This document shows positions 56,519 through 64,000 of a DNA stretch of 64,000 nt, one piece after another. The notes beneath the pieces were generated by a model, which saw only the letters and a program-made list of their open reading frames with translations, was not told the origin of the DNA and did no database searches. Numbering within the stretch: position 1 is the first letter of the stretch; every line of letters begins with the position of its first letter. The position numbers and the translations under genes were made by a program. This stretch comes from Gemmatimonadota bacterium (GTDB lineage Bacteria; Gemmatimonadota; Gemmatimonadetes; Gemmatimonadales; GWC2-71-9). The stretch is from contig JBGQLP010000009.1 in assembly GCA_041500125.1 (NCBI GenBank), positions 2,767 through 66,766 of the forward strand, in the 5' to 3' direction.

Positions 56519-56934
56519 TCCCTGCGAGTCGCGGAGGAGACGCGGGCCCTTGACCAAGCGTGACGGGCAAAGGCGAGCGCCGCGGCCGATTCAGCCGCGC
56601 GGCCGGCTACAGGTACCCAGGAAGGGGCGGCGAATGCCTGCCCCAGACCAGCGGCCAAGACGCCAAGATTGAGAAGCAGGAGGGCAACCCAGGCGAGCCG
56701 TTCGTTGCCGCGCGCTAAAGGACCCCGAAGCCGCGGCAGGATCCAGTACGCCACACCGAACGCGAGCTGTACCACCCACCCTACCAGCAGGATCTCGGCA
56801 TGGACCGGGCGGAGGCGTAAAACTGTGAGGGGAAGTCGTAGTGCCGGAGCCGCCAGCATGATCGCCCCCAGGGTGAAGCCCAGCCCAAGGTAGAGGAGGG
56901 CGGCCCGGACGCACCAGACGCTCAAGCCCTGCAC
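56515..56934 (-). CDS. 4-TM membrane protein (heme-copper oxidase subunit-I-fragment-like)
   Basis: VRAALLYL, HAEILLVGWVVQLAFGVAYWILPR. Confidence 0.75.
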   Translation of the reverse strand: MQGLSVWCVRAALLYLGLGFTLGAIMLAAPALRLPLTVLRLRPVHAEILLVGWVVQLAFGVAYWILPRLRGPLARGNERLAWVALLLLNLGVLAAGLGQAFAAPSWVPVAGRAAESAAALAFARHAWSRARVSSATRRD

Positions 56935-56935
56935 G

Positions 56936-57334
56936 TCAGCGCTCCCTGACGCGAGGCCATGTGTTAATCACAAAGGCCCAGCCGCCCGCGAGCTGCAGGA
57001 GTGCGGCAACAACAAGGAGCCAGCCCGTCGGCGCCCCGATGGCCCGAGCCGGCTCACCGAAGATTCGGAGGAGCAGGCCGGCATTGAGCAGCCAGTAGCT
57101 CGCCCATCCCAGCCGTTGGCTCCCCCGTGATCCCTCGGATGACCGTTTCGGGAACATCCAGAACGCCACTCCGAAGATGAGCTGGGTCAGCCACCCAAGG
57201 ACGAGCATATGCACGTAGGTGGGCCAGAGGACCGAGCTCCAGGTGGTCAAGGCCACCTGGAGAATGCCAGTAAGCAGGGACGCCAACAGGTAAATGAGGG
57301 CGGTACGGATGAACCAGCGACTGAGTCCGGGCAG
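56936..57334 (-). CDS. 4-TM membrane protein, paralogue of the neighbour; CTG or mutated start
   Basis: In-frame extension LPGLSRWFIRTALIYL upstream of 57286; HMLVLGWLTQLIFGVAFWMFP. Confidence 0.65.
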   Translation of the reverse strand: MPGLSRWFIRTALIYLLASLLTGILQVALTTWSSVLWPTYVHMLVLGWLTQLIFGVAFWMFPKRSSEGSRGSQRLGWASYWLLNAGLLLRIFGEPARAIGAPTGWLLVVAALLQLAGGWAFVINTWPRVRER

Positions 57335-57473
57335 GGCGCTAAACCATCAGCTGTAGCAGATTCACTCGACCTCGCGAAGATGTCAGGCCGCGTCAGGTTG
57401 AAGCGCTAGTATAACCAGAAACGCGGTCCTGCCCCACCGGGAAGCTTCCTCACTAAATACCGAGGGACCAAGG

Positions 57474-58169
57474 ATGCCTCAGACGCCACACGTCGAGCGG
57501 CACTTCACCGCCGGCGAAACGGTTCGTGACATCGTCATCGGGATGTCGGATGGGCTTACAGTGCCGTTTGCCCTGGCCGCCGGGCTGTCCGGGGCAGTGG
57601 CTTCGTCACAGATCGTCGTCACCGCCGGATTCGCCGAGGTGGCCGCCGGATCCATCGCCATGGGCCTCGGCGGCTACCTGGCTGCTCGAAGCGATGCCGA
57701 GCACTACGCCAGTGAACTGGCCCGGGAGGAGCGCGAGATTGTCGAGGTCCCGGAGGTGGAGGCCACGGAGGTAACAGCGATCTTGCAATCGTATGGCGTG
57801 GAGCGAAGCGAGGCCGCTGTCGTGGTAGCGGCGATGCGCCGGAAGCCGGACAAGTGGCGGGATTTCATGATGCGCTTTGAGCTCGGGCTCGAGGAGCCGG
57901 ATCCCCGACGCGCTCTCCGGAGCGCGCTCACGATCGCCGGGTCCTATATTGTGGGCGGACTCATCCCGCTTTCGCCCTATCTCATCGCGCGCTCCGTGCC
58001 CCGGGCTCTTGCTGCTTCGGTCAGCCTGACCCTTCTGGCCCTGCTCCTCTTCGGCTACGTCAAGGGGCGGTTCACCGGCGCCGGCCCCTTACGGAGCGCG
58101 TTCCAGACCGCACTGATCGGCAGTCTTGCCGCCGGAGCCGCTTTTGCCATCGCGAGGGCGATCTCATGA
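57474..58169 (+). CDS. VIT1/CCC1-family Fe/Mn transporter
   Basis: RDIVIGMSDGLTVPFALAAGL, SIAMGLGGYL, FMMRFELGL. Confidence 0.93.
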   Translation: MPQTPHVERHFTAGETVRDIVIGMSDGLTVPFALAAGLSGAVASSQIVVTAGFAEVAAGSIAMGLGGYLAARSDAEHYASELAREEREIVEVPEVEATEVTAILQSYGVERSEAAVVVAAMRRKPDKWRDFMMRFELGLEEPDPRRALRSALTIAGSYIVGGLIPLSPYLIARSVPRALAASVSLTLLALLLFGYVKGRFTGAGPLRSAFQTALIGSLAAGAAFAIARAIS

Positions 58170-58216
58170 CAAACCCCGCCGAGCCGGAAGCTCTAGCGGG
58201 CGATCTACATCGAATA

Positions 58217-58258
58217 TGGGCCTGGGTAGAGTTGAACTACCGACCTCACGCTTATCAG
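58217..58258 (-). pseudogene. 3' half of tRNA-Ile(GAT), probable att-site scar
   Basis: Minus strand CTGATAAGCGTGAGGTCGGTAGTTCAACTCTACCCAGGCCCA = anticodon loop, T-arm and 3' acceptor strand; 5' half absent. Confidence 0.85.
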
Positions 58259-58358
58259 CTCGTCGTCGACCAGGACGGTGGCGCCGTGCCAAATCGGCCC
58301 GTGCGGGGACTGCGACTCGATCCATGCGGCCCTCCGGGTACACCGAAATTGCCAGCCC

Positions 58359-58631
58359 TTACTTCTTCTCAGGAGTCCTCTTCGCTGGCGGCTGGTCGCT
58401 CTTGAACACATGACGGTTCTTTGCGATGTACGACTCCCAGTTGGGCGGGACCTCCTCCTCCGTAAAGATCGCCGTGACCGGGCACTCGGGCACGCACGCC
58501 CCGCAGTCGATGCACTCGTCGGGCTCGATGTAGAGCTGGTCTTCGCCCTCGTAGATGCAGTCGACCGGACACACGTCCACACACGACCGGTCTTTAACGC
58601 CAATACAGGGTTCGGCGATCACGTACGTCAT
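58359..58631 (-). CDS. fdxA: FdxA-type dicluster ferredoxin
   Basis: MTYVIAEPC..SCVDVCPVDCIY..ECIDCGACVPECPV. Confidence 0.93.
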   Translation of the reverse strand: MTYVIAEPCIGVKDRSCVDVCPVDCIYEGEDQLYIEPDECIDCGACVPECPVTAIFTEEEVPPNWESYIAKNRHVFKSDQPPAKRTPEKK

Positions 58632-58671
58632 AGGTTGCTCTTCTGGGGTACCCCTGGCCAGCAGGCACCCT

Positions 58672-59022
58672 TCAGCGCAGTCCCCGCCGCTCCGCTGGTT
58701 TGGGGGCGGCTCGCTCGGCGAGGAGCTGCTCGACGCGCACCCACAGCTCCGGCCGGATGCTGTCGGCCAACTCGATGTTCAACTTGCCGAGCATCACGGC
58801 GATGGCCCCCGTGTCGAGCCCGGCGATCCGCGCCTCCTCGATCACTGCCGCGAAGTGGATGCGGGCCTCGCGGATCATACGCCCGAACACGGACCCGTCA
58901 GGGCGTTCGCCCAGAGCCAGCGCCAGGAGATAGAGGTCGCGCGCGCCATCCAGCCGCTGCGCTAAGTAGCCCCGGGTCTCGGGCGGCAGTTCCCTCGGCA
59001 GGTGAGGTGTCGGCTCAGCCAT
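58672..59022 (-). CDS. Hypothetical protein
   Basis: SD AAGGAG before ATG 59022; protein-like composition. Confidence 0.6.
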   Translation of the reverse strand: MAEPTPHLPRELPPETRGYLAQRLDGARDLYLLALALGERPDGSVFGRMIREARIHFAAVIEEARIAGLDTGAIAVMLGKLNIELADSIRPELWVRVEQLLAERAAPKPAERRGLR

Positions 59023-59176
59023 GGCGTGCTCCTTCCCGTGGGCTACTCGTCGCGCATCATGAACGCTGTGGCCAGGGCGAACACGACCGCCCCCGGGGAA
59101 TAACATCAGGGCCCCGGCCAGCTGCAGCTCTGCCAGAGCGGAGAGCCCCGCTGTATGAGCGGGTTAGGCCTCAGTC

Positions 59177-59431
59177 TCACGACAAATCATCAACTGAGCA
59201 ATCCTGCACTTGCCCATCGATGATGCGCCGTCCGCGGTCACAACAACCCGCGATAGCCCCCATTTCGGTGGAGTAGGTGATGGGAGCGCTGAAGGCCCGT
59301 AAACCCCTGCGCCGGCCTATTAGGAGATCTAGGGTCCAGCGTCCGGAGCCACGTATCTGAAACGTGCGCGCCGTGATTGCAAAGCCCTTATAGGAGACAG
59401 GATTCATCGGCATACTCGGGAACAGGGACAC
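59177..59431 (-). CDS. Small hypothetical protein
   Basis: YKGFAITA...W...GRRIIDG pattern. Confidence 0.5.
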   Translation of the reverse strand: MSLFPSMPMNPVSYKGFAITARTFQIRGSGRWTLDLLIGRRRGLRAFSAPITYSTEMGAIAGCCDRGRRIIDGQVQDCSVDDLS

Positions 59432-59767
59432 CCTGGAGTATAGCTAAGTGTTCGGGTGAACGAACTGAGGACTAAGCGATGGCGCGCACGACCGCGCAAC
59501 TGGAGGGCTGGATCGTACGTGGCAGCACAACCGCCGGGGTTCCGGCGGGAGGTGAGCCGGAGGCCAACGGACCGAATGGCCGAAGAGCCACGGAGACCGG
59601 CGATCGCGGGAACGGTCGAGGGAGAGGTCGGCGGAGGAAGGCATGCTTGTGCGGCTCCTGGCGACAAGCCCCCAGGATCGCCAGCCAACTGGCGGCGTTA
59701 GGTAGGTTAGGCGTTCAGCTTCTCCTCCTCCCTGTTAGTACCACCCCATTAACCAAGATTCGGAAGT

Positions 59768-60514
59768 TCACCCCGACTGAGTCCCCAGTAGCCGCTCGAA
59801 CTCTTGGCGGACGATCTCATAGCACTCGCAGGCAGCCCGCTCCAAGCCAGGTCCATTCCGGATCGTAATCACACCGCGCCGATAGCTGATCAGCTTAACC
59901 CGCTGGAGTGCCGCAGCGGTCTCGGATACAGTGGCTCGCCTCACGCCGAGCATTTGCCCCAAGAACTCGTGGGTGAGCAGATACTCGTTGCGCCTTACTC
60001 GATCACGGACGATAAGAAGCCAGCGCGCAAGACGCTGCTCGACGGAATGCGCGCGATTACAGGCGGTGCTCTGCGAGACTTGTGTCACTAACGCTTGAGT
60101 ATAGCGCTCCAGGAGCTGCCGAAGTCGCCCTTCCCTGTGCGCCTCTCGGCGGAAGACCGCAATGTCCAAACGTTCTCCTTCACCGGCGACCTGGACCATC
60201 GCCCTTCCCGTGGAAGTGATGGCGCCGAGGAATACCGGGAGTCCCACCAACCCCTCATTTCCGATGGTGCCGACCTCGACCGACCCGCCGTCAAAGAGGG
60301 CGAGTATCGAGGCGACGGCGTTGATGGGGAAGTACACTGCTTCGATAGGCCGGTTCGGCTCCCAGAGAATCTGCTTCTGTTTCATGGGCACCGTAGCCAG
60401 CTCGGACCGGAGTCGTGCGTAGTCCTTGGGCGGAAGGGCAGCGAGGAGCTGGTTTGCGTTCTGCTCGGCGCGGGGTGGCGGTTTGGTGGTTGACCTTGCT
60501 CTCGTCCTGGGCAT
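59768..60514 (-). CDS. Crp/Fnr-family transcriptional regulator
   Basis: NQLLAALP, EVGTIGNEG, ACNRAHSVEQRLARWLL, LTHEFLGQMLGVRRATV, ACECY. Confidence 0.93.
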   Translation of the reverse strand: MPRTRARSTTKPPPRAEQNANQLLAALPPKDYARLRSELATVPMKQKQILWEPNRPIEAVYFPINAVASILALFDGGSVEVGTIGNEGLVGLPVFLGAITSTGRAMVQVAGEGERLDIAVFRREAHREGRLRQLLERYTQALVTQVSQSTACNRAHSVEQRLARWLLIVRDRVRRNEYLLTHEFLGQMLGVRRATVSETAAALQRVKLISYRRGVITIRNGPGLERAACECYEIVRQEFERLLGTQSG

Positions 60515-60640
60515 CCTGTCGCTCCCTTCGGTACGCTAGCGTACCGAGTTCCGAAGGCGTATTATGTCGGCAAACGTACCGTTCTCCATAGCAGGCGCAA
60601 TATGCAGAACGGCCTACCAGCCGTATGCGGAGCATGCAGT

Positions 60641-60750
60641 TACGCCGTCTTTGATGTGATTGCGGTGGCAGCGTCCGTGGGCGGCCCCGCGGCTCTGGCC
60701 AGACTACCGGGAGCAATCCCATCCAGCCTTCACCACTCCTCGTCCCAAGC
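60641..60750 (+). pseudogene. CheB methylesterase N-terminal remnant
   Basis: FDVIAVAASVGGPAALARL resembles the CheB GxSxGG start; similarity is lost afterwards. Confidence 0.4.
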
Positions 60751-60889
60751 GATCGACAATGCACGTCACGCGGCAGAAGCGAAATGCATCCACCTCGCAC
60801 AGGATTCATGCTTGATGAGGTTACAGGCTCGTCCCCGCGCCTCTCCCCGCCTCGCGCTGGCTCGGCGAATATCGGTTTCGTGACCGGAA

Positions 60890-61330
60890 ATGAGGCAAGT
60901 GTCCGCGGCCGCAACTGAGGCGGCGCGCCAACTCTGGGCGCACGAGGGGCTCGACGCCGGTGGGCCCGAGGAAATGGCTGCGACCGCGGAACAGGGGTGT
61001 GCCCGGCTTCGGGCGGGGTTGACCCGCTGGATAGGGTCCGACGGCTACCGCGCGCTGGTCGATCGCGCGCTCGAGCAGGCGCGGGCGGGACACCCCGCGC
61101 TCACCGGCCTCCAGTGCCAGGCCGGCGACGTGCAGGGAGTCGCGGCGGCCATGGGAGTACATGGTGCCGCCCCGGTGATGGAGGGCATCTTGGCGCTGGT
61201 CGCGCTGCTGATCGAGCTGCTGAGCCGCGTCATCGGAGAGGAGATGGCCGTGCGATTGGTGGAACAGGCATGGGCTGGGAGCGCGCGCGCGACCGCAAGT
61301 GCCGCCACAGAAGGAGTGGGTGATGGTTAA
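60890..61330 (+). CDS. Hypothetical protein overlapping the start of the KaiC-like ATPase
   Basis: LTRWIGSDGYRALVDRAL..LLSRVIGEEMAVRLV; overlaps next start. Confidence 0.75.
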   Translation: MRQVSAAATEAARQLWAHEGLDAGGPEEMAATAEQGCARLRAGLTRWIGSDGYRALVDRALEQARAGHPALTGLQCQAGDVQGVAAAMGVHGAAPVMEGILALVALLIELLSRVIGEEMAVRLVEQAWAGSARATASAATEGVGDG

Positions 61331-63023
61331 GAAGGATGGCCGCACGAAGGCCGCGCCCAAGAAGGTCCCGCTCGATGCGCTAGCGACCGGGGTGCCGGGC
61401 CTCGACGAAGTATTGGGAGGAGGCCTGCCGCAGCTCTCCTTCAACCTGATCGCCGGCGATCCCGGCTCGGGCAAGACCACGCTGGCCATGCAGATGATGT
61501 TCGCCGGCGCCACCGTCGCGCGCCCCGGCCTGTACTTCACCCTCCTGGGCGAGCCGTCGTTGAAGATGCTGCGATACCAGCAGCAGTTCGACTTCTTCGA
61601 TGCGAGCCGCATCGGGTCGGAGGTGCACTTCCTCAACCTCAGCGAGCAGGTCCTGGCCGGGGATCTGAACGCCGTCCTGGAGCGGATCGTCGAGGAGGTC
61701 GGCCGCCTGCACCCTGGCATCGTGGTCATCGACTCGTTCCGGACGCTGGCACGCACGAGCCCGGCGGTCCAAGGAACGGATCCCCAGCTCGAGCACTTCG
61801 TGCAGCGGCTCGCACTCCACCTGACGACCTGGGACATCACGTCGTTCCTCGTCGGGGAGTACACCGAGCAGGAGTTCCGCAACCCGATATTCACCGTGGC
61901 CGACGGTATCGTCTGGCTGACCCAGGCGGTGCACCGAAATTCCGTGGTCCGGAAGCTCCAGGTGCTAAAGATGCGAGGCAGGGCAGGGATGCCCGGGGTC
62001 CACACCCTTCGGATGACCGACAAAGGGGTCCAGGTCTTCCCCCGGATACTCGAGCGTTCGCATGGCGCGCGCGCGAAGACCGATCGCCGACTGTCGACCG
62101 GCGTGCCGGGTCTCGACGAGATGATGGGGGGAGGCGTCCAGGCGGGGGACTCGATGATCTTGGCGGGGCCGACTGGAACGGGCAAGACGACGTTCGCGAC
62201 CCAGTTCGTCGCCGCCGGGCTCCGCCACGGCGAACAGTGCGTGATCGCCGTGTTTGAGGAACACCCGGAGGACTACCTGGAACGGGCGACGAGCTACGGG
62301 GTGGACTTCAGGGAGGCGGTGCGCCAGGGCAAGCTGCGCATCATCTATCTGCGCCCCCTCGATCTCTCGGTGGACGAGACCCTCGAGGAGATCCGCGTGT
62401 CGGTGAAAGAGGTCGGCGCGACCCGCGTCGTCATCGATTCGATCTCCGGCTTCGAGATGGCGCTGGCCCCGACCTTCCGCGAGGACTTCCGCGAGTCGCT
62501 CTACCGGCTGGTCGGCGCGCTCACCGGCCTCGGTGTCACCATGTTCATGACCGTCGAGGTCACGGAGCATGAGGGCCTCCAGTTCACCAACAACCGGGTC
62601 TCGTTCCTGACCGACATCATCGTCATCCAGCGCTACGTGGAAATCGAAGGCCAGCTCCGCAAGGTACTGGCGGTGGTCAAGATGCGCGGGAGCAGCCATA
62701 GTGGTGACTTCCGGGCCTACGAGATCACCGGGAACGGCGTGCTGCTGCGCGAGGGGCTCCGGGACTATCAGGGTATCACCACTGGCGTCCCCACCGGGCG
62801 GTTGCAGCGCCGGCAGCCGGCGTATCCGGGATTGACCGAGCAGGAGGGACGGGTACTCGAAATACTCATCCGGTCGGGGGCAGAGTCGGCGGAAGCGATC
62901 GCGGAGGAGGTGGGGCTGCCGCCAAGCGATCTCGATCCGATTCTGGAGCGTCTGACCCAGCTGGCCTACGTCAGCCGCAAAGGAACCCGCTACCAGGGCG
63001 TGGCGCGTCCCAGCAGTTCCTGA
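61323..63023 (+). CDS. Double-domain KaiC-like (RAD55/GvpD) ATPase with C-terminal wHTH-like extension
   Basis: TGVPGLDE twice; Walker A GDPGSGKT and GPTGTGKT; VIDS twice; KMRG twice. Confidence 0.92.
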   Translation: MVKKDGRTKAAPKKVPLDALATGVPGLDEVLGGGLPQLSFNLIAGDPGSGKTTLAMQMMFAGATVARPGLYFTLLGEPSLKMLRYQQQFDFFDASRIGSEVHFLNLSEQVLAGDLNAVLERIVEEVGRLHPGIVVIDSFRTLARTSPAVQGTDPQLEHFVQRLALHLTTWDITSFLVGEYTEQEFRNPIFTVADGIVWLTQAVHRNSVVRKLQVLKMRGRAGMPGVHTLRMTDKGVQVFPRILERSHGARAKTDRRLSTGVPGLDEMMGGGVQAGDSMILAGPTGTGKTTFATQFVAAGLRHGEQCVIAVFEEHPEDYLERATSYGVDFREAVRQGKLRIIYLRPLDLSVDETLEEIRVSVKEVGATRVVIDSISGFEMALAPTFREDFRESLYRLVGALTGLGVTMFMTVEVTEHEGLQFTNNRVSFLTDIIVIQRYVEIEGQLRKVLAVVKMRGSSHSGDFRAYEITGNGVLLREGLRDYQGITTGVPTGRLQRRQPAYPGLTEQEGRVLEILIRSGAESAEAIAEEVGLPPSDLDPILERLTQLAYVSRKGTRYQGVARPSSS

Positions 63024-63035
63024 AGCGGAGCTGAC

Positions 63036-64000
63036 GTGACCAAGCACGGCGAGAAGCGAGAGGACCCGGACCGGCGCACGGCCACTCGACGTGAAGTGGA
63101 TCGTGACGAGCGCTACGACCGTCTGGTGGAGCTCGCGCCGGACGGGATCCTGATCCACGACGGCGAGCAGATCGTCATGGCCAACACCGCCGCCGTGCGG
63201 CTTGCGGGCGCGGACCATCGCGACCAGCTCATCGGCCGGCCGATCGACACCTTCCTCAACCCGCCCTATTTCAAGGCTGTCCAGGAGCAGCTCGTTAGGT
63301 CCGGAGACCCGGCAGCACTGGTGCCGCCCGTGCGGGACACCTTTCGCCGGCTGAATGGTTCCGAGATCGAGGTCGAAGTGACGGCGATTCCCTTCATGGA
63401 CCGTGGGCGAGCCTCCGCACACCTCGTCATCCGGGACATTACGGAGCGCCTCGCCGCGCAGGAAACGGCGCGGCAGGCGGAGGAGTATCTCCGGCAGGCG
63501 CAGAAGATGGAGGCGGTGGGTGCGCTGGCGGGAGGCGTGGCCCACGAGGTCAACAATATGATGTCGGTGGCACTGGGGTTTGCTGACTTCCTGCTCCATG
63601 ACCCCACCATACCGGAGGACCGGCTTCCGGATGTCCGTGAGATCATGAAGGCGGCCGACCGAGCCGCGGCGGTCACCCGGGAGCTCCTCAACTTCAGCCG
63701 GCGCGCCTTCCACAAACCGGAAGTCCTCGATCTCAATGCGGTGGTGCGCGAGCTCGAGCCGATGATCCGGCGGCTGCTGGGCGAGGGTCGCCAGCTCACC
63801 GTCGCCCTCGGCAGCCCGGGTCGGGTGTGGGCCGACAGAGGACAACTGGAGGAGGTACTCGTCAACCTGGCCCTCAATGCGCGCGATGCCATGCTGTCCG
63901 GTGGCACGCTCACCATCACCACGGCGGAAGCCGCGGTCGAGAGCGGCGTCAGCGGATACCCCGGCGTTTCCATCCCGGGTGGCCACTACGGACTCATCGT
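63036..64000 (+). CDS. PAS sensor histidine kinase (CckA/NtrB type), partial
   Basis: Not in the ORF track; from GTG 63036: PAS (ELAPDGI..MANTAA..RDITER), QAQKMEAVGALAGGVAHEVNN, NLALNARDAM. Confidence 0.9.
   Translation, partial: MTKHGEKREDPDRRTATRREVDRDERYDRLVELAPDGILIHDGEQIVMANTAAVRLAGADHRDQLIGRPIDTFLNPPYFKAVQEQLVRSGDPAALVPPVRDTFRRLNGSEIEVEVTAIPFMDRGRASAHLVIRDITERLAAQETARQAEEYLRQAQKMEAVGALAGGVAHEVNNMMSVALGFADFLLHDPTIPEDRLPDVREIMKAADRAAAVTRELLNFSRRAFHKPEVLDLNAVVRELEPMIRRLLGEGRQLTVALGSPGRVWADRGQLEEVLVNLALNARDAMLSGGTLTITTAEAAVESGVSGYPGVSIPGGHYGLI

Noticed and set aside
57360-57412. Box array upstream of the VIT1 gene
   Set aside because: TGTCA/CGTCA are 10 bp apart and degenerate; too weak to call despite TAGTAT at 57407
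1-58216. Canonical DosR palindromes or FNR boxes (TTGAT-N4-ATCAA) as the regulon motif
   Set aside because: None noticed in the intergenic regions read by eye; not a computed exclusion
59440-59760. Possible ncRNA or small ORFs left of the Crp gene
   Set aside because: No convincing long stem, family motif or start signals
61323-63023. Circadian clock
   Set aside because: No kaiA/kaiB in the window and the ST phosphosite pair is incomplete
1-64000. CRISPR array, transposase, integrase, rRNA or intact tRNA
   Set aside because: No repeat-spacer array or matching motifs seen; the 11-bp repeats are short promoter boxes

Overview
High-GC bacterial window. Positions ~1-58.2 kb form one clustered hypoxia/dormancy-type regulon that closely mirrors the mycobacterial DosR regulon: six tandem-domain USPs, two CBS proteins, Hsp20, an Acg nitroreductase, a CtpF-like P-ATPase, PRTase/dienelactone hydrolase/EreA-like genes, archease-RtcB-HPF and a baeRF (eRF1-like) factor, plus PpsA, AckA, ADH, BON, GroEL, HemN/HemJ/HemG and Cls. 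The embedded two-component pair looks rewired: a DosS-type heme-GAF domain fused to a class-I HisKA kinase, next to an OmpR-family (not NarL/DosR-family) regulator. Reading the intergenic DNA by eye gave about 23 arrays of a CTTCA-like pentamer at an 11-bp period. They are oriented with the downstream gene, and most are followed 16-17 (or 28) nt later by a -10-like hexamer, which is the architecture expected for OmpR-family sites. Two of these promoters lead into structured, apparently non-coding regions (45714-45860 and ~33541-33770). A 3' half of tRNA-Ile(GAT) at 58217-58258 looks like an att scar. To its right lie a ferredoxin, a Crp/Fnr regulator, a KaiC-like ATPase and a PAS kinase, with no boxes noticed. 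Several deletion remnants are present (DUF2267, cupredoxin, NosY chimera, CheB). All calls are from motif recognition by eye; no searches were run.
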